Below are positions 18,877-28,703 of a stretch of DNA of 64,000 bases, piece after piece. The notes under the pieces were generated by a model. That model saw only the letters and a program-made list of their open reading frames with translations. It was not told where the DNA came from and made no database searches. Position 1 is the stretch's first letter. Every line of letters begins with the position of its first letter. Source of the stretch: a virus; the IMG/VR virus record IMGVR_UViG_3300021141_000006, positions 2,936 to 66,935 of that record. One strand, given 5' to 3'. A program made the position numbers and the translations under genes.

Positions 18877-21800
18877 TTATTCTCTACATCCACACTCTTG
18901 CGATACCTCTATCAATACTCCTCCTGATATTACAGTTGGATTTACTGATGCAAGGCCACATATGATTTGTGTTGCATTTTGTAATATAGTAGCTGTTCTA
19001 TTAACTCCACTGCAATCTCTGTAAGATACAGTAGCTGTTCCGATGCCTACGTTTTGGAATGTCCACTCTCTACAAGGATCAGAACATGGATCGCACTCAC
19101 AGCAAACATAATCAATATCTGCTGTACTTGCAGACCAACATAAGTCAACTTCATTAAAAGTTCTATAATCCCAAATTAAGTATAGGTAGTTACCTACGGT
19201 ACCCGCAGGAACATCTGCGTAGTAGTAATTACCACCCCCCAATATTGTACCTGTACTAGATGCAGTAACCAATGCGTTTATACCCGAGGTATTGTTAGCA
19301 TATAGTGTTGAAGATCTTAGGTATCTAAACTTATTCTGAGAAGGAATAAAGTCATAGTTAGCTAACGCAAACTTGTTAGATATGATTCTAACCGTACTAC
19401 CATTTGTTGGTATATTCGGTTGACCTTGAGGCCCTGTATTGGTATTATATCTAGATACAATAGGATTTACTCCTGATGCAAATATTTGTAAATTACTTTG
19501 TAAAGACCCCGTATATGTACCATCTGTGTATCTCCATTGAGGATAGATGTTTTTGCCCGCATCAACATTTGATGTCAATACCACCTCAACAATAGTAAGC
19601 TGATTAGCCGTAGGGCAATTCACAGTGACTTCTAATACAACAGCTCCTGTAACTAAAATCTCAACATTTACAATATCAACTGTATTTGAGTCTTTATCTA
19701 CAACTAATGTTCCATCAAAAGATGTATCTCCAGTTGTAAATGTATTTCCATCGTATGTGGCTGTAATATTGAACTCAGCATCAGGCTCAATACTTACAAC
19801 ATTGTAAGTAATGTCAACATCACCAACTGCTTGACCTACGTTTACACAGAACTCATTAACCTTTGTGATGTCGCTAATTACAAACTCTTGAGTGATACCA
19901 CAATCTATACAGCTACTGAAGCTTGGTACTTTTTGATTGTTTGAGCTTAATACATACTCATCTAAGTATGGGTCAAAAGCTCCAAGTTTTTGAGTGTCAA
20001 AGTCAGTGTTAAATAAATCTCTAAACCAAGACCCCATCCCCATATCTGAGATGACTTTCAATTGGCCTAGACCTGTCTCGCTATCTTGTATATTAATTAC
20101 AGCTCCACGTTTAACATCGGTAAAGTATCTATTTGATCCCCACTGAATGTAACTCTCAGGGTTAAATGAAATACCAAATTTTTCAACTCGTGCAATTTGC
20201 GTTCCTAATACCTCAGGTACAGACGTAAGTGCTCCACCCGCTCCGGCATCTGATAGCAAATTCTTGCTAGTCAATACATAAGACACTTTGTCTTCTTGTA
20301 AAACAAGTACGTCAGTCTGACGTGCATCAAGAATATAGATAGGGCCAAATAAGCGCTCTAACTGCTTAAAGTTAAGTAGACCAAGGTTGAACTCATTGAG
20401 TTTATTTACGTTGCTCTCATTGTTGTAAATACCACTATAAGTCATATCAGCGTATCTTCTGATAGCCCGATAGTCTTCCGCAGCAATACTTGTGACACGG
20501 TTACCCAATGTGATAAAATTACCTACAATTGAGTCACGAATCTTGTAACTCTCAACACCATTGCCAAAAGCATAACAGTTAAAGAAACCTGTGTCAATGA
20601 CAGCAGGAGACCCTGTTGAGAAGTTTTGGTTCATGATGTTACCCTGATGCTCGCCCTGTGCATTTATTTCAAAAGACAAGTTGTTCTCAAAGAAAACATC
20701 AGGCAAAGTATCTGCCGGCTCAGTCTCAAAAACAAATGTGGACTCAGCTCTAAACACCTCAAAATTAGCTTCAACTAAAGAGTTTTTTGTTCCACAAGCA
20801 GATGTTCCACTTATTTGTAATCCTAAATAGTTGCTAGGGGAATCTCTATAGAATCTGTAATAATTTATACACTCATTAGTAGGCATTGAGCTAGGCCCAA
20901 ATGCTAATGTAGGTATGAATGTATTTTGTATTGTACATGCAGTAGAGTTGCTTACATATGGAGTTCCTTCATCCAATAGGTTAGCTATGTTGTCACCAAC
21001 AAACCACTCATACATATTTCCATAGTTAGCCTGAGAAGTAATTGTTTTTTCTAAAGTGTAAATTCGTGTCTCACAGTTATTGCCACCGCCGTTTTCTTTA
21101 CCTCTTTGGAATTTAATATTCATATTGATAATGGTCCCCTGAGGTATATCATAATCAATAAAAGTACCGGGCAATGCCGTATCCTCCAAGTTCATAGGGT
21201 AATTAAGTATCGGATACTGCCCATTATTTTTTACCTCAACTGCTTTATTCCCTGCTGTTATAAATGCATTTTCAGAAAATATAGCATTGAAATTATTAGG
21301 CTTTATTTTCATATATACACCTGAAGGAACAGGAATATTGACGCCTGTCACAGAACTTGGTATAGTAACAAAGTCTTTAGTTTGAGCTTCTTTTTCTAAT
21401 ACATTTGCATAAGCACATTCATCAACAGCTCCAGAAGAATCTCTCTTGACAATTAGCCTATCACCTGTATTTACTTTTCTAGTATTCTCTCCTTCCAATA
21501 AGAAATAAGCGTAATTTGTTTGAGGGTCAACAAAGAATATATTACTGTAGATTGTCTCATATGTATCTCTATCTGCTTTAATTACAAACTTATATTTTGT
21601 TGCCCAATATGGTGCAACTTGAGGAATTGGGTTACTTGGTATTGTTACAAGTATGCTATTCTTATTTACAGAATTACCACAAGGTACGTGCTCAGTATTA
21701 AACTCACTAACTAAAACAGTTGAAGATCTTCCAAAATCGTCCATATATACAATACCAATCTCATAGTCACGATTGCTATGCAAGCTTTGGTTTTGTGATA

Positions 21801-23493
21801 TGGTTTGAAAAACAACATCTGCTGAGTTTATTTTCATGTACTCATATGCAGTATATGTAGGAGATACCGTGCTATTTACATAGGACACGGCAGGAAATTG
21901 AAATGAAATTACATTGCTACCAAATGTACCTAATGCTGATACCAATAAGTTAGCGGTATTTATACCACTTGTATACTTAACGTAAGAGTTTAAGTTCTGT
22001 GACATAGCACAATTAAATGCATCAGACAAAGTTGTTCCGTTACAAGAACTTGGCATAGGCTGAACGTTGGTGACTAAGCCAATAGCGTCTTGGAATGATA
22101 TGTCATTAACCATGTCAAAAACAGACGCAAAAGTATTAGGTAGATAATACGTGAACGTAATATTTATACTGCTATTTGTTTGCGTTGGAAATGGTGTACT
22201 ACCTGTAAATGTTGAATGACTGAGTGAAAAATCAATTACAATTGATGATCCTTCACTCAATGCTATTCCGGATAAGTCAATATCTAGTACAGTATTAGAT
22301 AAGGTTTGAGATCCATTTATAAGATATGTTCCTGAATCTAAAGAGTTTGGCACTTCACTAATACCAATCTCATCAGTTTTTAAAGCGGTAGAATATTGAA
22401 ATTTTACCGTTTGCCCATTTTTATCAAGTAAGTCATAACCCTCTAAATAATTACCGTACATTAGGCGATTACCCATAATAGTTTGGGCTTTAGCTAACAA
22501 TGGTACGTTGTCGTACAACCTTAGTATCTCAGACTCAGGAAGTACAGTGTATATCTTGCTGTTTGCAAAAGTATAGTCGTAGTCAGTATTGTCCGACAAA
22601 CCAAGCAGTGACTTGTCTAGCTTCTCAATAACTTTGATTACATTACTCTCCATTTCCTTGAAGAGTAGGTCAATGCCAACTACTAATGGGCCACCTGTGT
22701 TGTAAGTAATAATAGCTGCATTAAATGAGTTAACCATACCATTATTTAAGAAACTATCGTTTCCAAACTCAAAAGGTTCAGGTATAAATGCAGGCTCAGT
22801 AAATTGTGATATTGCTGAGTATTCATTGTTTGCATATCTATATCTGTAAGCAAAACAAATGAAGCGCTCAGTTAAAAAGTTTTCTTGACCTGTTACGTTA
22901 GTCAATTGAATCTCAGGCGAAGCCACAGGCGGCTTCTTAATTACTAATAATGACTCAGCTGTAACTTGGTCTATATTGCCAATAGGGTTTGGATAATTAG
23001 TTCTTACATTGATAAATCTAGGTTCATTGTAGTCATCAGTAAAAAACAATAGGTCATCAATTTTATTGATGCCTGTAATCACATACTGCTCGTTAAAATT
23101 CAACGTGGTGTTAATACCTCCACTATCATCAATACTGATGACGTGGTACGTTAGTATGTTTGTAAGTATGTTAAATGAAACAATCAAGTCAAGCTTATCG
23201 GTCGCTCCAACCGGAAAATTTGAGTCGTGCACAAACCAATAAATGGTCTCATTTGCACCGTCCTCAAACGCACCAATGGTTCTAGCATTTGAGCTTAATG
23301 GCGTACCATCAATGTAGATTAAAGATGTAATTTTTAAGTTACCTTTAGTGTTCTCAATGGCTCCAATGCTCTTCTGTTCTGTAGAACCCATTCTTACATT
23401 GAGCGCGTCAATATATTGTCCATCAGGGATTAGTCGTTCATCAACGACTTTGTTCATTTTACCCTGATTGAAGTTTCTTGTAAGTTTAGCCAT
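18877..23493 (-). CDS. Tail stabilisation (muzzle/nozzle) protein, 1538 aa
   Basis: N-terminal NFNQGKMNK..DERL.PDGQY.DALN; GNRLMYGNY; GNGVES..IRD; typical of crAss-like tail proteins. Confidence 0.8.
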   Translation of the reverse strand: MAKLTRNFNQGKMNKVVDERLIPDGQYIDALNVRMGSTEQKSIGAIENTKGNLKITSLIYIDGTPLSSNARTIGAFEDGANETIYWFVHDSNFPVGATDKLDLIVSFNILTNILTYHVISIDDSGGINTTLNFNEQYVITGINKIDDLLFFTDDYNEPRFINVRTNYPNPIGNIDQVTAESLLVIKKPPVASPEIQLTNVTGQENFLTERFICFAYRYRYANNEYSAISQFTEPAFIPEPFEFGNDSFLNNGMVNSFNAAIITYNTGGPLVVGIDLLFKEMESNVIKVIEKLDKSLLGLSDNTDYDYTFANSKIYTVLPESEILRLYDNVPLLAKAQTIMGNRLMYGNYLEGYDLLDKNGQTVKFQYSTALKTDEIGISEVPNSLDSGTYLINGSQTLSNTVLDIDLSGIALSEGSSIVIDFSLSHSTFTGSTPFPTQTNSSINITFTYYLPNTFASVFDMVNDISFQDAIGLVTNVQPMPSSCNGTTLSDAFNCAMSQNLNSYVKYTSGINTANLLVSALGTFGSNVISFQFPAVSYVNSTVSPTYTAYEYMKINSADVVFQTISQNQSLHSNRDYEIGIVYMDDFGRSSTVLVSEFNTEHVPCGNSVNKNSILVTIPSNPIPQVAPYWATKYKFVIKADRDTYETIYSNIFFVDPQTNYAYFLLEGENTRKVNTGDRLIVKRDSSGAVDECAYANVLEKEAQTKDFVTIPSSVTGVNIPVPSGVYMKIKPNNFNAIFSENAFITAGNKAVEVKNNGQYPILNYPMNLEDTALPGTFIDYDIPQGTIINMNIKFQRGKENGGGNNCETRIYTLEKTITSQANYGNMYEWFVGDNIANLLDEGTPYVSNSTACTIQNTFIPTLAFGPSSMPTNECINYYRFYRDSPSNYLGLQISGTSACGTKNSLVEANFEVFRAESTFVFETEPADTLPDVFFENNLSFEINAQGEHQGNIMNQNFSTGSPAVIDTGFFNCYAFGNGVESYKIRDSIVGNFITLGNRVTSIAAEDYRAIRRYADMTYSGIYNNESNVNKLNEFNLGLLNFKQLERLFGPIYILDARQTDVLVLQEDKVSYVLTSKNLLSDAGAGGALTSVPEVLGTQIARVEKFGISFNPESYIQWGSNRYFTDVKRGAVINIQDSETGLGQLKVISDMGMGSWFRDLFNTDFDTQKLGAFDPYLDEYVLSSNNQKVPSFSSCIDCGITQEFVISDITKVNEFCVNVGQAVGDVDITYNVVSIEPDAEFNITATYDGNTFTTGDTSFDGTLVVDKDSNTVDIVNVEILVTGAVVLEVTVNCPTANQLTIVEVVLTSNVDAGKNIYPQWRYTDGTYTGSLQSNLQIFASGVNPIVSRYNTNTGPQGQPNIPTNGSTVRIISNKFALANYDFIPSQNKFRYLRSSTLYANNTSGINALVTASSTGTILGGGNYYYADVPAGTVGNYLYLIWDYRTFNEVDLCWSASTADIDYVCCECDPCSDPCREWTFQNVGIGTATVSYRDCSGVNRTATILQNATQIICGLASVNPTVISGGVLIEVSQECGCRE

Positions 23494-23494
23494 G

Positions 23495-24418
23495 TTACTT
23501 TATCCACTTATTCTGACCACGTAGGTTCATTAATAATCTGCCCGGATGAATATTGCTCAATCTAATTTTTGCATTTCGTAATAAAGAAGATTTTTCTTTT
23601 CTTGCTCTCATTATCACATACTCTTGTACACCAAGCTTTGAATTGAGTATCTCATGCTGAATATATGCGTACACATACTTCTCAAATAACTTGTTTACAG
23701 TAATTAAACTATCATCTCCATTCTCCATACCATCAGATATGTACTCAAGGATGACAGACTCACCTGACATATGTGAGCTAAAGTTAATAACTCCTGACTT
23801 CTTATCAATAGTAAATGTAGGATTTCTATTAGCGGTCTCTGTATTTAAACCATATCTGGCGCCAATACCTGCTTCAAAATACCAATCCCCCTCATAATAC
23901 CAACCTTCTTGCCCGTCAAATTGATGACCCGGATTTAAATAGATACTCTTCTGAGTGCCCGTAATACGATCCCAATCAAGCTCAGAGTACTCAGGCTCAA
24001 GGGCGTTGCCATTCTGATCAAATAAAATCTTACAATTATGGTCTTGAAGATAGGCTTTTGCTGATTGAATTTGAATATTCTCAGTCATTGGTCTAATATA
24101 CCCATCTTTGTATAAAGATATACGAACCCAATTGACGTAGTCAGATGGTAAAACAAATCTTAGCTGATCACAAACGGTAAGCTGAAGTACTTTAATTTCT
24201 TTAAACGCATCGTAGTTAAGCTCTTGTACAGCTCTCTTTGCGTGAAAGATTATCTTGTAACGCTCCTCATTATTAACCAATGAGTGGTTTCCTGTATACA
24301 TCAACAAGAAATTATTGACAATGTCATGCAGACTTACGTACTGATAAGACCCCCAATTAGCGTCCTCAGGCGCATTACCGCCATTCTCGTAATATTGATA
24401 CTGTGAAATATATGCCAT
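23495..24418 (-). CDS. Tail ring / adaptor structural protein
   Basis: FHAKRAVQELNYD...LPSDYVNWVRIS...LRGQNKWIK; position after the capsid genes. Confidence 0.75.
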   Translation of the reverse strand: MAYISQYQYYENGGNAPEDANWGSYQYVSLHDIVNNFLLMYTGNHSLVNNEERYKIIFHAKRAVQELNYDAFKEIKVLQLTVCDQLRFVLPSDYVNWVRISLYKDGYIRPMTENIQIQSAKAYLQDHNCKILFDQNGNALEPEYSELDWDRITGTQKSIYLNPGHQFDGQEGWYYEGDWYFEAGIGARYGLNTETANRNPTFTIDKKSGVINFSSHMSGESVILEYISDGMENGDDSLITVNKLFEKYVYAYIQHEILNSKLGVQEYVIMRARKEKSSLLRNAKIRLSNIHPGRLLMNLRGQNKWIK

Positions 24419-24424
24419 GGTCTA

Positions 24425-25171
24425 TTATTGTTGTTGGCTAAATGCAGGGTTTTCACTCTGTTCTTGTTGAATTGCGTATTGAGCAACTTGAATCTCTCTA
24501 ATTGACATACCGCAGTACTGAAGAATCTTCATTACTACTTTGTACTCATCTTCACCCGGAAGCTCAAAGTCTTGATAGTCAGGTTGTGATTGATCGAATG
24601 CAGGCTCACCATTTGACAATGTAATGTATGTCCACTTAGGGTCTAAAGGCAACCTAAAGTATGAGCACTTCAATGATGATACACCATTGATGGTATCAGG
24701 ATATACACTGATAGTATCACCCTCGATAATATAAGATGGATACTTTGTAGTTGGTGCCGTAAGCATTGAGTCCAATAACATATACAAACGTGCGTTAGCA
24801 ACCTTCTCAGCATCACCTAATCTTGTGGTACCATTAAAACAAGTAAGTCTACTAATCATATAGAAGTTATAACCTGTAGTCGTTAGCGATGGTACATAGT
24901 ATTGGTTTGTTGCAGGCGTAACCTGTGTGAGCGTATCATTACGCAAGAAGCCCTCTAAGACCTCTGCAATAGGATTCTCGATATCAGCATACTCAGTGCC
25001 TGATAGCCTTGCATTCTCTGCATTTATGGTCTTATTATAGCTGCTGTAGTATTCTTCGTATATCTCCATCTGTGCCTGTTTTGCAAACAAATTAAAGTCA
25101 GATGGTGAGATATATCCGTAGTTGTTCTTGTTAAGAACTGACAATACGGTGTTTCTTACTGAGTTAATCAT
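24425..25171 (-). CDS. Tail ring / adaptor structural protein
   Basis: NKNNYGYISPSDFNLFAKQAQ...YFRLP.DPKW...DFEL. Confidence 0.75.
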   Translation of the reverse strand: MINSVRNTVLSVLNKNNYGYISPSDFNLFAKQAQMEIYEEYYSSYNKTINAENARLSGTEYADIENPIAEVLEGFLRNDTLTQVTPATNQYYVPSLTTTGYNFYMISRLTCFNGTTRLGDAEKVANARLYMLLDSMLTAPTTKYPSYIIEGDTISVYPDTINGVSSLKCSYFRLPLDPKWTYITLSNGEPAFDQSQPDYQDFELPGEDEYKVVMKILQYCGMSIREIQVAQYAIQQEQSENPAFSQQQ

Positions 25172-25186
25172 TGAAATATCTTTTCA

Positions 25187-25194
25187 CAAAGATA
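25187..25194 (-). promoter_or_regulatory. -7 element TATCTTTG
   Basis: Upstream of the ATG at 25171. Confidence 0.65.
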
Positions 25195-25195
25195 C

Positions 25196-25228
25196 AAAAA
25201 AATAAAGGTGCCACTAGGACACCTTTAT
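25196..25228 (-). terminator. Rho-independent terminator
   Basis: ATAAAGGTG/CACCTTTAT stem followed by a T-run on the minus strand. Confidence 0.75.
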
Positions 25229-25273
25229 CAAACAAACAAATGAGTAGAACTCTAAAACAACATTACAAATATA
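25196..25273 (-). ncRNA. Candidate ~65-nt sRNA unit (promoter TATATTTG at 25266-25273 to terminator)
   Basis: Promoter and terminator with no plausible ORF between them. Confidence 0.35.
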
Positions 25274-25280
25274 ACATTAT

Positions 25281-26039
25281 TTATGCATTCTCTAAATGGT
25301 GCTCTAACATTTTTAATGCTTCAACACCTTCATCGGTTTTAAGATACATAGCGACTAGCACATATGGGTCTTCACCGTAAGGTATATTCATCATTTTTTT
25401 CTTATTACTTGGTGTGCTATACCAAACCTCTTTGTTTCCACTTCGGAAACCAAGTAACCCCATGTCAAAGAATATATGAACCTGTGATTGTAGGTGTAGC
25501 ATTGGATCTTCAAGAGAATTCAAGAAGCTACCCGGATAGTTACGTGCATAGATAAGCACATCGCGCTTCATTTCTGCTGTGGTAACACGGCTTACATCTT
25601 TGTTGAATAATACTCGATATACTGTCTCAAGTTGATCAATACTTAACTCACGAGCTCTGATTAATGCATCAACCTCAGTTACCAAGAATTCAACCTCTTC
25701 TTGTGCATCACGCTCTTTGTTTACTTCTTCAAATACGATACCATTTTGTGGATGGTAATATAAGAACTCCTGTAGCACAGGATTGTTTCTAGGAACGCTT
25801 AAGAAGCCATTCTCAAAGATAATAGGTTGGATAAGTGGGTTGCCATCTTGCTCATCCTCAAATGGGCTCTTTTGGTTTACTGCGTAACGGAGAGGTCTGT
25901 TTTGATTGGTTTCCTCATCGTACCAAAGGAGTGCTGAGCGTTTTGTGTTTCTTGCTGATAGCATATAAGACAATGGTGCCTTTTCATTTTTGAGTCGATA
26001 GACTCTGTCGGCAGCAGCCAACGTGACTTTTTTTGACAT
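25281..26039 (-). CDS. Conserved protein downstream of the major capsid gene
   Basis: 252 aa; RPLRYAVNQKSPFEDEQ...IIFENG.L.V. Confidence 0.75.
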   Translation of the reverse strand: MSKKVTLAAADRVYRLKNEKAPLSYMLSARNTKRSALLWYDEETNQNRPLRYAVNQKSPFEDEQDGNPLIQPIIFENGFLSVPRNNPVLQEFLYYHPQNGIVFEEVNKERDAQEEVEFLVTEVDALIRARELSIDQLETVYRVLFNKDVSRVTTAEMKRDVLIYARNYPGSFLNSLEDPMLHLQSQVHIFFDMGLLGFRSGNKEVWYSTPSNKKKMMNIPYGEDPYVLVAMYLKTDEGVEALKMLEHHLENA

Positions 26040-26065
26040 AAGATATAATATAATTAAAGTTTACA

Positions 26066-26096
26066 ATAAAAATAGAGAGGGACCGAAGCCCCTCTC
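26066..26096 (-). terminator. Terminator after the major capsid gene
   Basis: GAGAGGG/CCCTCTC stem plus T-rich tail. Confidence 0.75.
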
Positions 26097-26112
26097 ATAT
26101 TTTGAGTGCTAA

Positions 26113-27558
26113 TTAGGCACCGTAACGGAACAAGAAGAAGTTGTTCGCGCCTAAGGTACAAAGTGCACGCTCAGACAAGAAGTTAACTTCCATTGCATCG
26201 AGGTCGCTAGTAGCAGCACCACCGGCAGAACCTGTGATCCAAGTTTTGTAACGACGATCTTCAGTTTCAGACGCACGGTAACGAACGTGTAAGAACGGAC
26301 GCTTAGCGTTTTTACCAAGGATTTGGTCGTATACAGTTGTTGAACCTGCAGGAACAAGCATACCTGTGATTACGTTAGCAGTTGAAGCTCCTGTAGCAGA
26401 TGAAGTCAAACCACCACGCATTGTTGGATCGTTGAGGTATTTCCAATCTGTTTTGTAGAAGTCATAACCACGACGGAATCCTGAGAAACCAAGGTTGAGG
26501 GCCATGTCACGGTCGTTATCAAACAAACCATAAGATGTACCTGCAGCACCGTAAGAGTTCTGAGCAGCCAACATATCGTCGATGTCGAAAGAGAAATCAC
26601 GATTAACGAACAATACGTTCTCTTCGATAGAACCTTGTTTGTCAAGACGAGAAATCATATCATCGAAATCTTGCAATGAAGTTGGGTTACCACCGCCCCA
26701 TACGTTACCACGAGAGTTAACAACGTAGAAAGCACCTTCAGAACCTTTGTTACCATAAGTTGGGTTAAGACCTGAGTTAGCAACACCTGAACCTGATTCA
26801 GCAGGAACAGCTTCTAACATTGCAGTTTCGAGGTAGTCTTCAAAACGGAGACGAGTTTCGTGCTCAGACTTCAAATACCAAAGGTATCCGTTAGCACCAT
26901 TCTCAGTAGTGATTTCAATCCAACCAATCTGAGCCATGTCAGAACCGTTGACAGCATACTTGTCTTTGATGATGATTGGGCTGTTAGAGAAGATTTCGTC
27001 TTCAGCTTCCAATGAACCAATCATACCTGTAGTGCCTTTCTTGAATTCAGAACCGTAAACAAATACGCTAAATTCGTTAGCTGTAGAAGCATTGGTCATA
27101 CCTAATGCCTCATAGAAAGCAACTGTAAATTGGTTAGTAGCAGTGTTAACAGCAGTAACGATAGCTTTGTTTTGGGTAGGACCCGCAACGTTAGGTGTAA
27201 TCATTACAGTTTGACCTGCGCGGATAGCGATACCTGTAACGTTCAAGTCATTGACTTGGAATGTTGCGCTGTCAGCGTTAGACAAAGTAGCTGTAGAAAC
27301 AACTTTAGTGTACTTAGTGTGAAGACGACCTTGTTCTGCCCATTTGATTTGGTCAGAGATAGACGGCATCTCAGCACCTACCATACGAAGGAAAGATGCA
27401 ACGGTACGGTTTCCGTAACGCTCAAATTCTTTCTCATATGTATCAGGTAAATACTGATTCATGAAGTTAAATCCGTTTGACGGGATGTAGTTTGTTGACA
27501 AAGCTACCTGCTCAGCACTTGGCTGTAACTGATAACCGGGTGTAGATAAAACAGACAT
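26113..27558 (-). CDS. Major capsid protein
   Basis: 481 aa after portal and scaffold; high-expression codon bias; WAEQGRLH motif; followed by a terminator. Confidence 0.85.
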   Translation of the reverse strand: MSVLSTPGYQLQPSAEQVALSTNYIPSNGFNFMNQYLPDTYEKEFERYGNRTVASFLRMVGAEMPSISDQIKWAEQGRLHTKYTKVVSTATLSNADSATFQVNDLNVTGIAIRAGQTVMITPNVAGPTQNKAIVTAVNTATNQFTVAFYEALGMTNASTANEFSVFVYGSEFKKGTTGMIGSLEAEDEIFSNSPIIIKDKYAVNGSDMAQIGWIEITTENGANGYLWYLKSEHETRLRFEDYLETAMLEAVPAESGSGVANSGLNPTYGNKGSEGAFYVVNSRGNVWGGGNPTSLQDFDDMISRLDKQGSIEENVLFVNRDFSFDIDDMLAAQNSYGAAGTSYGLFDNDRDMALNLGFSGFRRGYDFYKTDWKYLNDPTMRGGLTSSATGASTANVITGMLVPAGSTTVYDQILGKNAKRPFLHVRYRASETEDRRYKTWITGSAGGAATSDLDAMEVNFLSERALCTLGANNFFLFRYGA

Positions 27559-27578
27559 TTTTTTTCTTTTTTAATAGT

Positions 27579-28661
27579 TTATATTCTTTTTGCACTTGTG
27601 ATTTTCAATCCATTGCCGGAGCCCGGATTTACTTCTCGGATTTGCATTCCTCCTTTGGAGATTGATTCAGGTGCTCTGCGCTCAGACATATTCACATTCT
27701 TTATTTTTTTAGTGACATTATCTGTCGCATCGGCCTGACCTTGTTCGTAGAAGAACTTGGCAAACTTCTCAGGATTCATTGCGATCGCTAAAGCTCTATG
27801 GTATCCCGCAGCATCACTTACCATTCCGCTCTCATCCAAATACTTATTGATAAAGTTTGTTGGAGTTGATTGGAGCTTCTTAAGCTCTGTTGCGTCACCG
27901 GGAGAGAAAACCACTTTCTTGTCGTCAATATTGAACTCAAAACCTTTGAACTCTTGACTAAACACCTCATCAGTTTTCTTTAGGAACCAATCACGTTTGC
28001 GACCATTTTCCTCCTCTAGGGTTTTAGCTTGTTGTATGTATTGTTTATACGCCTCAAACTCTTCTTTCTCTTCAGAAGCAATTGTACTTCCCCTTGACTC
28101 AAGAGGTTGTTTGTATTTCTCCTTTTCAGATGTGAAGTAATCCTTGGCCTTAGCAATAGCCTTTTTCTTAGCAATCTTAGCTTTCTTAATTTTAGAGTCA
28201 TCATCTAGATCCTCATCATAAGCAAACTCTTCCAACATGGCATCAATGTCGTCCTCATCGAGACCAACCTCTGTAGCCATGAGGTATTGCTTTAGCATTT
28301 TATCAGGATTCATGGAATCAAAGTCTTCTTGCAATTTTAAGTAGTCTTGGATACCACGCCCTGTTTCTTTCTTGTACTTCAAGAATGCTTCAACATCTTC
28401 AGGTAACGGTTCGTTTTCCTGACGCTGAGCCATCAACTCGTCAAACGAATTGATTTCCTTGTTGTACCTTTTTCCCAAATATGAAAGAACGTCTTCTTCT
28501 TTTAGCTCAGGTGTCTCAATTGGCGGCTGCTCAATCGGAGGTGTTTCAATCACAGGTGGATCGTTATTTAAACTCTCCTCATGCTTTTGTAATAATTCCT
28601 CTTCAATCTGAGCTGCGCTCTTTTCAACAATTCCTGTTACTTCTTTTACTTTAAATTCCAT
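27579..28661 (-). CDS. Capsid scaffolding-like acidic protein
   Basis: Highly acidic 360 aa between portal and capsid genes. Confidence 0.7.
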   Translation of the reverse strand: MEFKVKEVTGIVEKSAAQIEEELLQKHEESLNNDPPVIETPPIEQPPIETPELKEEDVLSYLGKRYNKEINSFDELMAQRQENEPLPEDVEAFLKYKKETGRGIQDYLKLQEDFDSMNPDKMLKQYLMATEVGLDEDDIDAMLEEFAYDEDLDDDSKIKKAKIAKKKAIAKAKDYFTSEKEKYKQPLESRGSTIASEEKEEFEAYKQYIQQAKTLEEENGRKRDWFLKKTDEVFSQEFKGFEFNIDDKKVVFSPGDATELKKLQSTPTNFINKYLDESGMVSDAAGYHRALAIAMNPEKFAKFFYEQGQADATDNVTKKIKNVNMSERRAPESISKGGMQIREVNPGSGNGLKITSAKRI

Positions 28662-28676
28662 TAGATTTAATTTTTA

Positions 28677-28684
28677 CAAAGTTA
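28677..28684 (-). promoter_or_regulatory. -7 element TAACTTTG
   Basis: Upstream of the scaffold ATG. Confidence 0.65.
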
Positions 28685-28703
28685 TATATTATTTTTTATT
28701 GTT

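Noticed and set aside
25171-25380. 69-aa + strand ORF
   Set aside because: Spans a promoter and terminator and is antisense to a real gene; the internal MSRTLK start is treated under the sRNA finding
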